Positions 1 through 10,515 of a stretch of 64,000 nucleotides of DNA are shown one piece after another. Source of the stretch: an uncultured Bacteriovoracaceae bacterium. Lineage in GTDB: Bacteria; Bdellovibrionota; Bacteriovoracia; Bacteriovoracales; Bacteriovoracaceae. The position numbers were made by a program, and so were the translations under genes. The stretch covers positions 32,001-96,000 of the forward strand of contig CAXGUD010000004.1 of assembly GCA_964012805.1 (NCBI GenBank), written 5' to 3'. The notes beneath the pieces were generated by a model. It was not told the DNA's origin, ran no database searches, and was given only the letters and a program-made list of their open reading frames with translations. Numbering within the stretch: the stretch's first letter is position 1; each line of letters opens with the position of its first letter.

Positions 1-1194
1 ACTAAGAAGTATGTTGATATCAACACCTCGTTTAAGGGCCTTAACCATGGCCTCCATCAAAACCGGAGCATTTAGATTTGGAGAAACAATATTGACATTG
101 CTTTTGGCATTCTTAAAAAGCGAAAGAAAGGCCTGGTCTTGGGGGTTTTTTGAATTTCTGGTCCAGGGAACATTCACATCTTTTTTTGTAATAAGAGCAA
201 TGGGGACACTTTTTTCAAGAATTCTATTTGTCACCCACTTTTTAACAACATTTGGCAACTTAAACCGCTTTGTGCGGCTCAAGTCATTATATCCAGAGCG
301 AGGAACCATTTTGTCGGGGTCATTAGTGAAGTACTTTTTTCCTTTTTGCCAAGCAAAATAAAAGTCTTCTGCCAGTCCTTGCCCAACATTGCCCATAACT
401 AAAAAGCCATGATCTGTCTCTGGAGAAATATTCCCCCACTTTTTAAATTTATCATGGTACCTCATAAGATTTGAGCCCATAACAATCCCTTTACTTCTAT
501 CAATAATGATCGATTTAGAGTGGTTTGATCCAAGCATGGTGTGGTTAAAAAGCTGAACTTCAAGCCTCACATATTTTTTATCAATAGGCTTTTTAAAGCC
601 TAGTCCATAAACGTCATGACCGATAGGGTTCTTTTTAAAGAGACCTTTAAAAAGCATTCCCGATTTATCAAGGACGGTACCTACAAGGCCTGATTGGTTA
701 TCGACTAAAATTTTAACATTGACGGGGACAATCTTTTTACCCCTCTTTTCTTCAGCTTTAAGCCTTTTTTCTAAGGCCTCTACTCCTTCTCTAAGTTTAA
801 TGACTCCTAAAGAGTTTTTTTCGTAGAGGTAGGTTTGAAGGAGGACTTCATGCTCGGCATTCTCAATAAGGTCTTTAGCAAGACCAAAAATTTCATCACC
901 TGTCCGGTAAACCCTTCTGGATGCATAATTGCTTCCTGAAAAGGATCGAAATCGGTCAACCGTACCGTGCTTAAGGTAAGGATCTATATCCTTTAACAGT
1001 TTTTTCATAAGAGGACTTAGGTTTGGTGCTCTTAAATTATAATTTTTTTTGGAGCAAAAGGCCGAATCTTCGACACTCATGTGCTTTTGTGCAATAGATT
1101 TCCACTTGTTTTTACCAGATGAGGTTTGGGCCTTAATTGTTAAAGAAAAAATAATTAAAGGGAGAAAAAATGAAATTTTTAGTATTTGAAACAT
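1..1194 (-). CDS. Secreted phospholipase D-family protein (partial; runs off the window start)
   Basis: Not in the ORF track; translated by hand from ATG at 1194 (MFQILKISFFLPLIIFSLTIKAQ, signal-like) with an AAAGGGG RBS upstream. Contains an HKD motif, NHSKSIIIDRSKGIVMGSN, at about 470-525. Confidence 0.75.
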   Translation of the reverse strand, partial: MFQILKISFFLPLIIFSLTIKAQTSSGKNKWKSIAQKHMSVEDSAFCSKKNYNLRAPNLSPLMKKLLKDIDPYLKHGTVDRFRSFSGSNYASRRVYRTGDEIFGLAKDLIENAEHEVLLQTYLYEKNSLGVIKLREGVEALEKRLKAEEKRGKKIVPVNVKILVDNQSGLVGTVLDKSGMLFKGLFKKNPIGHDVYGLGFKKPIDKKYVRLEVQLFNHTMLGSNHSKSIIIDRSKGIVMGSNLMRYHDKFKKWGNISPETDHGFLVMGNVGQGLAEDFYFAWQKGKKYFTNDPDKMVPRSGYNDLSRTKRFKLPNVVKKWVTNRILEKSVPIALITKKDVNVPWTRNSKNPQDQAFLSLFKNAKSNVNIVSPNLNAPVLMEAMVKALKRGVDINILLS

Positions 1195-1320
1195 TTGAAA
1201 GCACCCCTTTTTGTATTTAGTTTTTATTTAGCTTTAATCTATAAGCTCTAATTTTAATTAAAATAAATAACGCTAGCCATTATCCCATAAATTTTTATTT
1301 TATTAATCTTTTTATGAATT

Positions 1321-4041
1321 TTACTCATTAACAAAGGGGATTAAAATAGGAAGCTTAGCTATAAACATCGTTCCTTTATCAACTTGTGATTTTACCTTCA
1401 CAGTCCCACCCACTTTTTCAACTTCTTCCTTAACAGCATCCATTCCAACACCTCTTCCAGAGATATCGCTTGTTTCAGACTTGGATGAAATGCCGGGAAA
1501 GAAAATTAGTTGAATAATATCCTGATCACTAAGTTCTTTAAGGTTTGAGTCTCTCAATTTCGGGTGGTTTTTCGCTAAAGCTCTTATTTGTTTAGGGTCG
1601 ATTCCCCTCCCATCATCTTTTATATAAACATAAAAAAAGCCAATATCTGTCGTTTGAAAGGAAACCTCAATGGAGGCACGCTCGGGTTTTTTAAGCTCCG
1701 TCCTTTCTGCAATACTTTCGACTCCATGATCTATGATATTTCTAAAGATATGGAGAAAGCTTGAAAAAATCTTTTTGTACTTATCTCCTGCTATTACCAG
1801 ATCTGTGGGGTTGATTTTAAACTCTATTTGTTTATCCAGATTTCTTGCAAGTTCTTTAGTTGGTTCAACAAACTTTTTGAAATAAGAGTGAACTTCCTTA
1901 AATATAAATTTATTAGCGTACGTTTCAACCAAATCTTTAAAGAAGCTTTTCATAAAAATGATGTCCTCGTAGTCATCGCCATCTCCTATTGACTTGTTGG
2001 CCACTTCAATGAGTTTTCTATTTTCTTTAAGAAATACTTTCAAATCGTCATAGGCATTTAAAAGTCCAGCTCTTGTCACTTGAATCTCATCATGATTCCA
2101 TACTTGCGAGTTTTTTACATTTTGAAGAACTTCTTCAAGCGAGTGTATTTTTTTTACGACCTCTCTAATTTTGAAGGAGGCAAGGCGCGCCTTAAGCGTA
2201 TGTATATTTCTAAAAACCTGATCCGGCTTTTTAAGCTCAAGGTTTTGCAACGTCTCTTCGAACACATCCCTTGTGTCATCAATAACATCGATAAATTCAA
2301 TGGGTCTTTCAATAAGAGAAAATACCATTTGGCCTTTTTCCTTTTCAGCAAGCGCTTTTTCTTCTAGGTCCTTTCTTTGGGTAATATCAGTCGCAACACA
2401 AATAATTTTATCCAACTTATGACTTTCTTCCTTATAAATCGGCTTATATGTTAACTCTATAAGATCTCCATTTTTTCTTTTGTACTCCTTTGGCGCAAGC
2501 GACGTCAGGTCCCTAAAGGGGACAATGCCTTTAAAAGCATGAGTCAGCCACTTTTTTAAACTTTCTTTCGATTCCTCTCTAAGTTTTAGGATATCCTCAA
2601 ATTTTTGATCCCTAATATCATCTTCGAAAATAAACTTTGTGAGTTCTGTTGCATCTCCTTCAATTTTTCCCTCACTATTAAAAATGAGGAAACCTTGGTT
2701 CAAATTGGATAGGAGGAGAAGGAAGCTTTTATTTTGATCCTTTATTTGACCTGTTTTACGGTCAACCTCTTCGTTCAGTTGATTGGTCAATTTTTCAACT
2801 TTTTGAAAGTCTTCACCAAAGTTTGAAGCGACAATATGGCTTTGAATAAAAATAAAAATAAGACCGGTGAAAGGAGCAATCTCAGGAGGATTTAAAATAG
2901 TTAACCCAACAAGAATATCGTAAATAATCCCAAAGGTACCAAGAAGGATGGAATATAAAAATGTTAAAGCACTCGGTGTTTTTTTGATGACTCCCCTGAT
3001 AACAAAAAACATGAGGAGAAGAAGATAGCCAAAAACAACCATTTGAAAACTTATGAGGACATAGAAGTTTGTAAAATATAATGGTGAAAGGAGTAAAGGG
3101 ATTAGAGAAAGTGCTACAGAAATGTATAAAAAAACCTTTTTTATAACAAGAGAAGTCTTATCTTTAATTTTTAAAATCAAAAAGAGGTATTCAAATAAAC
3201 AGGGAAAGAAATAGATCATACTTAAATATTCAAACTTTTTTTCTAATATAAAAAAGAAAAGATTTGGTGTAGGGGAAAAAATAAAAGAATAGTGTCCAAA
3301 AGAAAAAAAGCGAGAAAGTGCGACAAGACAAAAAAGTCCAAGGAAGAGAGATGAGTAGTCCTTTCTTCTTTGAGTAAAAATCGCAAGGTGGTAAACGGCC
3401 ACGATAAAAAAAGCACCCATGACAAAAAAGACAACGGTCGTCTCTTGCCATAAGAGCGAAAAATGGCCCTCTTTGTGGTAAATTTTCGGCGCCCAGAAAA
3501 AGCCACCAGCTCTATAATGGAAGTTGGCAAGATGAATCACAATGGTAAGGTCTTTTCCCATCAAGGATATGTTCCGATCAAAGCGGAGTCCTTGAGGTGT
3601 GTTATCTTCCTTATTCTTAGCAATAATACCGGACTTTAGATGAATCGTTTTTTTCCCATCAGTGATGAATGTTTCGCTACTCGTTGCCAAGACGTGAAAA
3701 TAAATCCTTAATTTCTCCGTTTGCTTAAGGTTTTTTACTTTCATAATAAGGGTTCCATAGCTGGCCCCAGGGAGTTTTAAGCTCTTGTCCCAAAGAGAAC
3801 TGCCCTTTAGATAAAATGGTTTTTGATCGGGAAGTTTATTATTCAACACGTCTTTCAAAGGAATAAAGCGTTTCCAGTATAAGGCCCATGATCCGTCAAG
3901 TTCTAAAGGTCCATCTTTTTTAAAGTCCCATTCTTTGAGGTCTACTTCACCTTTTTCCATAGATGGGCGTGCTTTTTTGGAGTATTTTGACCCACAAGAC
4001 GAAAGGAGGAAGAAAAAGGTTAAAAAAATGAACAATTTCAT
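1321..4041 (-). CDS. 7TM-DISM receptor with PAS, HPt and CheA-like HATPase domains (sensor kinase)
   Basis: Likely start MKLFIFLTFFFLLSSCG at 4041 (ORF track extends to 4200). Extracellular LDGSWALYW...NFHYRAGG domain, 7 TM helices, FRNIHTLKA HPt motif, and HIFRNIIDHG, DDGRGID and SGRGVGMDAV CheA-type ATPase boxes. Confidence 0.85.
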   Translation of the reverse strand: MKLFIFLTFFFLLSSCGSKYSKKARPSMEKGEVDLKEWDFKKDGPLELDGSWALYWKRFIPLKDVLNNKLPDQKPFYLKGSSLWDKSLKLPGASYGTLIMKVKNLKQTEKLRIYFHVLATSSETFITDGKKTIHLKSGIIAKNKEDNTPQGLRFDRNISLMGKDLTIVIHLANFHYRAGGFFWAPKIYHKEGHFSLLWQETTVVFFVMGAFFIVAVYHLAIFTQRRKDYSSLFLGLFCLVALSRFFSFGHYSFIFSPTPNLFFFILEKKFEYLSMIYFFPCLFEYLFLILKIKDKTSLVIKKVFLYISVALSLIPLLLSPLYFTNFYVLISFQMVVFGYLLLLMFFVIRGVIKKTPSALTFLYSILLGTFGIIYDILVGLTILNPPEIAPFTGLIFIFIQSHIVASNFGEDFQKVEKLTNQLNEEVDRKTGQIKDQNKSFLLLLSNLNQGFLIFNSEGKIEGDATELTKFIFEDDIRDQKFEDILKLREESKESLKKWLTHAFKGIVPFRDLTSLAPKEYKRKNGDLIELTYKPIYKEESHKLDKIICVATDITQRKDLEEKALAEKEKGQMVFSLIERPIEFIDVIDDTRDVFEETLQNLELKKPDQVFRNIHTLKARLASFKIREVVKKIHSLEEVLQNVKNSQVWNHDEIQVTRAGLLNAYDDLKVFLKENRKLIEVANKSIGDGDDYEDIIFMKSFFKDLVETYANKFIFKEVHSYFKKFVEPTKELARNLDKQIEFKINPTDLVIAGDKYKKIFSSFLHIFRNIIDHGVESIAERTELKKPERASIEVSFQTTDIGFFYVYIKDDGRGIDPKQIRALAKNHPKLRDSNLKELSDQDIIQLIFFPGISSKSETSDISGRGVGMDAVKEEVEKVGGTVKVKSQVDKGTMFIAKLPILIPFVNE
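2795..4000. repeat. Copy 1 of a 1206-bp dispersed direct duplication (copy 2 at 19141-20346)
   Basis: Colinear, highly similar DNA. Both copies run from tcaactttttgaaagtctt to ccacaagac and cover the DISM ectodomain plus 7TM. Confidence 0.9.
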
Positions 4042-4294
4042 AGTAATTCTGTCGGTAATTATTCCAGTTGGCCTAAGGAAGGTAAGAAGATTTATTGAGT
4101 TTTTAAATGTCCGTAAAAAGGACAATATTTGGTAAAAATAATGCGTGAAAAAAGGGCCATGAATGAGCTTCGGAAGCAATAAAATGACTTGACAAGGCAT
4201 GTTATAGAGGGGATGAACTCTTTATTCACTTTTTGTTTTTATAAAACGTTAATGGGGAAAAGAGATCGACCACAAATCAAGAGAATCATCCAAT

Positions 4295-5479
4295 TTGGTA
4301 TTAGAAAAGAAAGAATCCTTTGATTCCTTTGACTCTTTTGAATTTCACTACACGATAAGTGATGCCCTAAAAAAGTGTGGTTACAAAACTCCTAAAGCTA
4401 TTCAGGTTCAAGCGGTTCCCCTCCTTCAAAAGGGATACGATCTTGTAGCTGTTTCTAAGACAGGTTCTGGTAAAACAGCAGCCTATTCTCTTCCTCTTCT
4501 TGATTACCTAAAGAAAAATAAAGTAAAGGCCAAACCTGCCAGAATGAGAGGTCTTGTACTTGTCCCCACAAGAGAATTGGCCCTTCAAGTCTTTGAAAGT
4601 TTAAAAAAGTATGGAAAGGGGCTTGCCTTTAAAATGGGCTGTTTCTTTGGTGGTGTCGGGATGGCCGGCCAAATTAAACTTATGGGGAAAGGCCTTGATA
4701 TTATTGTTTCCACTCCCGGAAGATTAATTAATATAGAAAAAGAGGGGCATGTTCTCTTTGATCAATGTGAGTTCATTGTCGTTGATGAGTTTGATAAAAT
4801 GCTTAATCTTGGTTTTCAAAAAGAAATTGAAACCCTCTGGGATAAATTGCCAACAAAAAAACAAGCCGCTTTTTTCTCTGCTACCCACCTTAAAGAGCTT
4901 GAGCAATTGGTAGCAAAATACCTTAAAAATCCTTTACAAATAAATATTAAAGATGTGGAGCCTATTGAGGGCGAAAGCGAAGGTGAAAATCAAGGCCAAA
5001 AAGGACAAGGCTCTTTAGTGCCTCACCACGACGTTTACTTTGTTAACGACTCATCAAGAAAGGGTCTCCTAAAAAAGGTTTTGAGAAGGCGCTCTGTTAA
5101 AAAGGCCATTGTTTTTGTTAAAACAAGAAATGAAGCCGAAGAAGTTTTAAAAGACCTCAAAAAAGCTTTCATTCAAGCAGATTCACTTCATGGGGATAAA
5201 GATCAAGTTGAGCGGATGAAGGTTTTAGGTCAATTTAAGAGAAATAAATTTAAGGTTTTAGTCGCAACTGACCTCGCCTCGAGAGGTCTTCATATTGGAG
5301 GTTTAGACCTCATAGTGAACTACCATCTTCCTAAGGATCCAAGGGATTATAAACATAGGGTAGGGAGGCTTTGCCGTGAAGGACAAGCGGGCACTTCCAT
5401 AAATTTTTGTACGAATAGGGATAAAAAGCTTATTTCTCTTCTAGAGCAGGAGTTTAAAAGCCCCTTTACCTTAAATTAA
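4295..5479 (+). CDS. DEAD-box RNA helicase (RhlE-like)
   Basis: Q motif, SKTGSGKT, PTRELA, TPGRL, DEFD, SAT, SRGLHI and HRVGR motifs. Confidence 0.92.
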   Translation: MVLEKKESFDSFDSFEFHYTISDALKKCGYKTPKAIQVQAVPLLQKGYDLVAVSKTGSGKTAAYSLPLLDYLKKNKVKAKPARMRGLVLVPTRELALQVFESLKKYGKGLAFKMGCFFGGVGMAGQIKLMGKGLDIIVSTPGRLINIEKEGHVLFDQCEFIVVDEFDKMLNLGFQKEIETLWDKLPTKKQAAFFSATHLKELEQLVAKYLKNPLQINIKDVEPIEGESEGENQGQKGQGSLVPHHDVYFVNDSSRKGLLKKVLRRRSVKKAIVFVKTRNEAEEVLKDLKKAFIQADSLHGDKDQVERMKVLGQFKRNKFKVLVATDLASRGLHIGGLDLIVNYHLPKDPRDYKHRVGRLCREGQAGTSINFCTNRDKKLISLLEQEFKSPFTLN

Positions 5480-5673
5480 ACTTATTTAATTCAACATAAT
5501 CTAGTTTAACAAAGGTTTAGAACACCTTATTTTCTAAGTTTTGTCTATATTCTCAAAGTTCTTGAGTAATAATCTTAAGCTGATTTAAATCGTGATTACA
5601 TCTAGAATTAGAAAATTATGTATCTTTTGGTAATAAGCTTTTTAGCTTGTTTATTTGAGTTTGGAGGTCTCAG

Positions 5674-5877
5674 ATGAAGTTAGAAAATTTATTAAAATCG
5701 TCTATTTGTGAAATTAACTTTCACGGTTTGATTGTAAACTATGATCACCGTGCTGAAGTTTTTTGGTGGAAAGAGGGCAGTGATGTAATTCATAAGTTTT
5801 GGGCAAACATCGAGCTTAGTAAGCCTGTCATATTTTCCTGTAAGAAAGGAAAGCTTAATTTGAATCCAAAAACCTAA
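5674..5877 (+). CDS. Small hypothetical protein
   Basis: GGAGG RBS before the ATG; 67 aa; no recognisable motif. Confidence 0.55.
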   Translation: MKLENLLKSSICEINFHGLIVNYDHRAEVFWWKEGSDVIHKFWANIELSKPVIFSCKKGKLNLNPKT

Positions 5878-5906
5878 CGCAAGTTAAAATAGACTGGGAG
5901 TTTCTA

Positions 5907-6485
5907 TTAAAAAAGCTTTTTTAAAGCATCCTCCGCCTTGTTTTTCAATTGATCAACTTTTTTCTGGGCCTTCGCTTTTACCTTTGGAAGAGGTATCTGG
6001 ATAATTTTCTTTTCTTTGTGACTAAAAGAAAAAAGATCTCCTTCTGCCATATTATTGTAAACCGTAGGCTTTCCGTAAACATGGGCCCTAACCTCAACTG
6101 GAAGGCTCTTGTTTTCCTTCATAAGCCTTTCAACAACAGGTTTTATAGTTCCAAAAACCCCTTTGTAATTGACTTTAACAGGAATCTTAATCACGGTCTC
6201 TTTTTTGGGATCAAGTTTAAGAGGGATATCATTTCCTTTAAAAAGCCTGTTCCCTTCAGCAAATAATTCATAGCTGACAAATACATTTTTAAGGCCAATA
6301 TCATTTGGGTTATGAGCGGCCAAATCAACATTAACCTGAACTTCATCAGAAGTGACTTTCTCTATTTTGTGGCCTACATATTTAACTTTTGGGTTTTTAA
6401 TATCTGTTGTTGCCACCATTAAAAATCCACATGAACCTAGAAAAAGGCTTAAAAAGCTTAATTTTAATAAATTGGTTGTTTTCAA
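5907..6485 (-). CDS. LEA_2/WHy-domain lipoprotein
   Basis: Lipobox LGSC and the NPNDIGL motif typical of LEA type 2 proteins. Confidence 0.75.
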   Translation of the reverse strand: MKTTNLLKLSFLSLFLGSCGFLMVATTDIKNPKVKYVGHKIEKVTSDEVQVNVDLAAHNPNDIGLKNVFVSYELFAEGNRLFKGNDIPLKLDPKKETVIKIPVKVNYKGVFGTIKPVVERLMKENKSLPVEVRAHVYGKPTVYNNMAEGDLFSFSHKEKKIIQIPLPKVKAKAQKKVDQLKNKAEDALKKLF

Positions 6486-6569
6486 GATTCACTCCTCTGT
6501 GGTTTTCACTTCTATAGATTTTTGAGGTATCAAAATAATTATTATCCAGAGGTGAAATCTATGCAAAAT

Positions 6570-7424
6570 TTAAAGAAGAGTGAAAGGTTTAACCATTTGA
6601 CAGGCTTCTTTTATGCCTTGACGGCAAGATTTTTTAAATTCAGCGATAAGTGAAGCCTTAACTTCACTTTTTTCCTGATCATTCCTCTCGAGTGAAGGAA
6701 GTCTTGTATTAAAAAACGGAGAGAAATCAAAGAGGTATTTGACGACTTTTCTTGTTTTGGCAAATTTAATCTTTTGTCCCACGAGCCTTCTCAATTTATT
6801 AAGCGTTCTATAGGGAAGTTCTTTGTTGGCAAGGTTTACAAGCCATATGGGAATAACTCCTCCGGGATTGGAAGTCACCTGGTAAGTGATTTTAGTTTTA
6901 TGTTTTCCTTTAACTTCTATGGCCTTTAAGTCCCAAAAACCCTCAAGCTTTGGGATCCTCACAATTCCTTTTCTCTTAGGCTTTAAAGCCGTATCATTAG
7001 AGGCTTTTTTGAAATGAACTTTAATTGTTTTCTGTTTTGGGAAGAATACGACCCTACTTTTTAAAACCACATCTCTGTCATCAATAAGGGGAATGTTATT
7101 GCTAATTCTTACGTATGAAGTGCTGGAGTTCGGTAGCCCTTTAAACTCCAAGACATCAAACTCAGTACAATTTTGAATGAATTCTTTCTTATGATAAGGA
7201 TCAAAGAGGACAGAAAAGACTTCATGGATTGATGAATGAATGACAACTTCACCTTTGAAAGAAAGGATACTTGAATTCTTTTCGCCTTTTTTCCAAACTT
7301 TAATCCCCCTTTGAAAAGCGACTTTTTCCCAGGAAGAGTTTTTTGAAAATGTGTTTTGAGAAAAGAGAACCGTCAGGGTTGCTGCAATAAGTAAATAAAA
7401 TCTTTTTGGCCTTAATATCATCAT
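6570..7424 (-). CDS. Secreted START-domain lipid-binding protein
   Basis: Signal peptide; W..V...GIKVW, P.IDDRDVV and NPGGVIPIWLVN motifs. Confidence 0.8.
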   Translation of the reverse strand: MMILRPKRFYLLIAATLTVLFSQNTFSKNSSWEKVAFQRGIKVWKKGEKNSSILSFKGEVVIHSSIHEVFSVLFDPYHKKEFIQNCTEFDVLEFKGLPNSSTSYVRISNNIPLIDDRDVVLKSRVVFFPKQKTIKVHFKKASNDTALKPKRKGIVRIPKLEGFWDLKAIEVKGKHKTKITYQVTSNPGGVIPIWLVNLANKELPYRTLNKLRRLVGQKIKFAKTRKVVKYLFDFSPFFNTRLPSLERNDQEKSEVKASLIAEFKKSCRQGIKEACQMVKPFTLL

Positions 7425-10400
7425 GGGTAAGCTTCCTCTTTTTGAATAACTGATAATTTAAAGCTCTGACTCTTTTTTAGAGGAAAGTCAATATAAAGAG
7501 AAAAAAGGCAAGGGACCATATAAAGGGTAATAAGTGTAGCAAAGATAATTCCGCCGGCCACTGACAGGACAATAGGAACAATAAAAGTTTCAGTTCCTCC
7601 AAATCCATAGATTGTAGGTATCATCCCTAAAACAGTCGTGAGTGTTGTTAAAATTATGGGGCGGAAACGGCTTATAGAAGCTTTCACGAGATGGGGCAAC
7701 CTTTTGTCCGGCAGGTCATTAAGGAGGGATAAAAGAATAAGACCGTCGTTGACCATGATGCCAAGAAGGCCAATGCCACCAATGAGACCTAAAAAACTTA
7801 CGGGAAGGTTGTGGAAATAAAAGGCCCAAAGAATTCCAATGGCACCAAAAGGGAGGATCCCTAAAATAATAAGGGGAAGAACCATCGATTTAAGGCTCCA
7901 GATGAGAGAAAAGAAAATAAGAAGTAAAACAATACCAAAAATTGAGCCCAAGTTTTCCAGGGTCTCTTTGGTGGATTTATTTTCACCTTCAAAACTCATT
8001 TCAATGTCCGGGTATTTTTTAAGAAAACCTGGTATTAATTCTTGAAAAGATTCATTTAATTCCAGTGAAGTCATAACTGCTTGGTTGATATCAGCTTCAA
8101 TACTTGTTGAGCGTATGCCTCTGGTGTGCTGAATGGTTTCAGATGAAGAGCTTTCCTTCATAACGGCCAGCTTTTTAAGGGGGATGAGGACTCCTCTTTT
8201 ATTGGGAATAGGGATTTCTCTGATAAGTTTCTTTTCCTCTTTCGTATTTATGCCGAGCTTTAACTTTATAAACCTTTCTTCACCATCTTTTATGAAATAT
8301 CCAATTTCTTTTTCCTTGAAAGCAAGAGCAATCGTTTCTTCTAATGTTTTGGCCTCTACTTGCATGGAGGCAAGTCGGCTTGCTCCAGGAGAGAGGGAAA
8401 GTTGCTTTTTCCCAGCGCTTTCCGTTGTTGAGATATTAAAAACACCCTCCTTGGCTTTTAAAAAATGAACAATTTCCTGAGTCATTGCCATCCGAGATGC
8501 TTCATTACGCCCAATGAGTGAAATTTCAAAGGCCTTTCCAACTGGAGGGCCATCATTGTGAAATTCAATATCAAGTTTATCAAAACCTCTAATTTTCTTA
8601 AGCCTCTTATGAAGTTTTTCAACAATCTCTTCACTCGTTATATTCCTTTTTTCGGAAGGTTTTAAGATAACGCTTATCATTCCCCAATTTTCTTTTGTGG
8701 CAAAAAGAGGGCGGAAGACATTGGTTTGGTGGTGGCCTGCCTGAGTTGTGAAGTGGAGCATTTCACTTTTTGGTATTTTTTGTACTTCTTTTTCAACTTC
8801 CTTCATCTTTTCTATCGTCGATTCAAGAGTTGTTCCCGGCGGAAGTTCCGCTACGACGTGAAAGAAGTCCACATCATCTCTCGGGAAAAGAACAAACGAC
8901 CCATTTTTCTTAAAAAAAGATCCCGTTCCTACAAGACAGACAACAAAAAACAAAAGAGTAAGGACCCTGTTTTTTAATGAGTTCTCAATTGTCCATTTGT
9001 AGAGGGCCAAGGCCTTATCATAGATGATATTTTTTGGGGTTTTTCCTTTTCCATGAACTAGATGGAAAGGCAAAAGGACTGTTGCCTCAAAAAGAGAAAT
9101 GATAAGGGCAATACTCACGACTACAGGAATATGCCTTATAAACTGTCCATTGAGACCTTCCAAGAAATAAAGGGGAAGGAAAGCGAGTATTGTCGTAATA
9201 ATAGTGACGGTGACAGGCCAAAAAATTTCTTTGACACCTTCTGAGGCGGCCTCAATACCTTTTAGCCCAGCTTCCTTTTTTGCAGCGATATTTTCTGCGA
9301 TGACAATGGCATCATCAACTAAAAGTCCTAGAACCAAGACAAGGGATACCAGAGTTACGGTATTTATAGGAATTGAAAAAAATTTAAAGAGTATAAAGGA
9401 CCCCAGAAAGGAGAGAGGGATCCCCATACCCGTCCAAAAAGCAACGTAGGGGGGTAAGAAAAAAAGAAGCACAAGAAAGACAAAAAGGAAGCCTAATATG
9501 GTGTTTGTTGTTAAAATAGAGAGAAGGTCACTGGTGTAGAGGGAAAGGTCTTTGATGACCTCAATTTTAATATCTTTAGAAAGGTTTCTTTTAAACTGAT
9601 CAATTTCGGCCCTGATTTTTTTAGACAGTCTAATATTATCACTTGTCGCAGAGACGCTAATACTCAAATTATGGGAGTCAACACCATCAGTTCTTGTAAG
9701 AAACTTTGGGCGCTTGAACTTTTCTGAGATCGAAGCGACCTCTCTTAATCTGATCTTTTTTCCGCTGGCATTACTCCTTAAGATGAGCCTTTCTATATCC
9801 TTGATATCCTCAAACCTCGAATTTGTAATAATTTTTTTAATACCCGTATTTGTCTTAAGTTGAAAGCCGGAACTTGGAAGGTGGTGGGTTTTTAGTGCCC
9901 TCACGACTTCCTGAAGGGAAAGTTTTTTTTGATTTAACCTTCTTAAGTCTATTTCAATCATCACTTCTTTTTCTAAAATAGAAGACGACTTGACTCCGAG
10001 AATGCCTTCAAGGTTAAGAAGTTTATCTTTAAGCTTTTTTGCCATTTCATTTCTTATTTGAATGTCAGGCCCGGTGAGCGCAACTTCTAAGATTGTAGCG
10101 TCTGATGTTTTAATTTCTTCCACAATGGGAGCTGAAGGTAATTCGGAGGGGAGGTCATAAATAGAATCCAGTTTACTTCTTATTTCCCTTTTCACGGCTT
10201 CCTGATCAGGATTTTTTGTGTCCAGGTGAAGCATAACAAGGGAAAGGTTATCCATTGAGTGAGAGACAATTTTCTCGATGCCCGAAATTTCTAGCAGCCT
10301 CTTTTCAATTTTATTGGTGACTTTTATTTCGACATTTTTTGCGCTTGTGTTGGGGTAAGGTGTTTTGACTCGAAGAATGTCCCACTTGACGACGGGGTAG

Positions 10401-10504
10401 TTGGTTCGGCTCAGGTAATTGAGAGAAAAGAGACCGCCAAAAAGTAAAATGAGGGTCAATGCCCTGGAAAGGGCCTTATTGGATTCTAAATATTTTAAAA
10501 CCAT
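7421..10504 (-). CDS. RND efflux permease (AcrB/AcrD/AcrF family)
   Basis: 1027 aa; GLLVDDAIVIAENI, GIMVNDG and RFRPIILTTLTTVLGMIP motifs. Confidence 0.92.
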   Translation of the reverse strand: MVLKYLESNKALSRALTLILLFGGLFSLNYLSRTNYPVVKWDILRVKTPYPNTSAKNVEIKVTNKIEKRLLEISGIEKIVSHSMDNLSLVMLHLDTKNPDQEAVKREIRSKLDSIYDLPSELPSAPIVEEIKTSDATILEVALTGPDIQIRNEMAKKLKDKLLNLEGILGVKSSSILEKEVMIEIDLRRLNQKKLSLQEVVRALKTHHLPSSGFQLKTNTGIKKIITNSRFEDIKDIERLILRSNASGKKIRLREVASISEKFKRPKFLTRTDGVDSHNLSISVSATSDNIRLSKKIRAEIDQFKRNLSKDIKIEVIKDLSLYTSDLLSILTTNTILGFLFVFLVLLFFLPPYVAFWTGMGIPLSFLGSFILFKFFSIPINTVTLVSLVLVLGLLVDDAIVIAENIAAKKEAGLKGIEAASEGVKEIFWPVTVTIITTILAFLPLYFLEGLNGQFIRHIPVVVSIALIISLFEATVLLPFHLVHGKGKTPKNIIYDKALALYKWTIENSLKNRVLTLLFFVVCLVGTGSFFKKNGSFVLFPRDDVDFFHVVAELPPGTTLESTIEKMKEVEKEVQKIPKSEMLHFTTQAGHHQTNVFRPLFATKENWGMISVILKPSEKRNITSEEIVEKLHKRLKKIRGFDKLDIEFHNDGPPVGKAFEISLIGRNEASRMAMTQEIVHFLKAKEGVFNISTTESAGKKQLSLSPGASRLASMQVEAKTLEETIALAFKEKEIGYFIKDGEERFIKLKLGINTKEEKKLIREIPIPNKRGVLIPLKKLAVMKESSSSETIQHTRGIRSTSIEADINQAVMTSLELNESFQELIPGFLKKYPDIEMSFEGENKSTKETLENLGSIFGIVLLLIFFSLIWSLKSMVLPLIILGILPFGAIGILWAFYFHNLPVSFLGLIGGIGLLGIMVNDGLILLSLLNDLPDKRLPHLVKASISRFRPIILTTLTTVLGMIPTIYGFGGTETFIVPIVLSVAGGIIFATLITLYMVPCLFSLYIDFPLKKSQSFKLSVIQKEEAYP

Positions 10505-10515
10505 GGAGGAGACTC

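Noticed and set aside
11..361. Plus-strand 116-aa ORF and the many other short antisense ORFs in the track
   Set aside because: Shadow ORFs opposite well-supported genes (here the PLD gene).
4295..5479. DEFD and HRVGRLCR variants as a novel helicase
   Set aside because: Within the variation seen in DEAD-box proteins; the other motifs are canonical.
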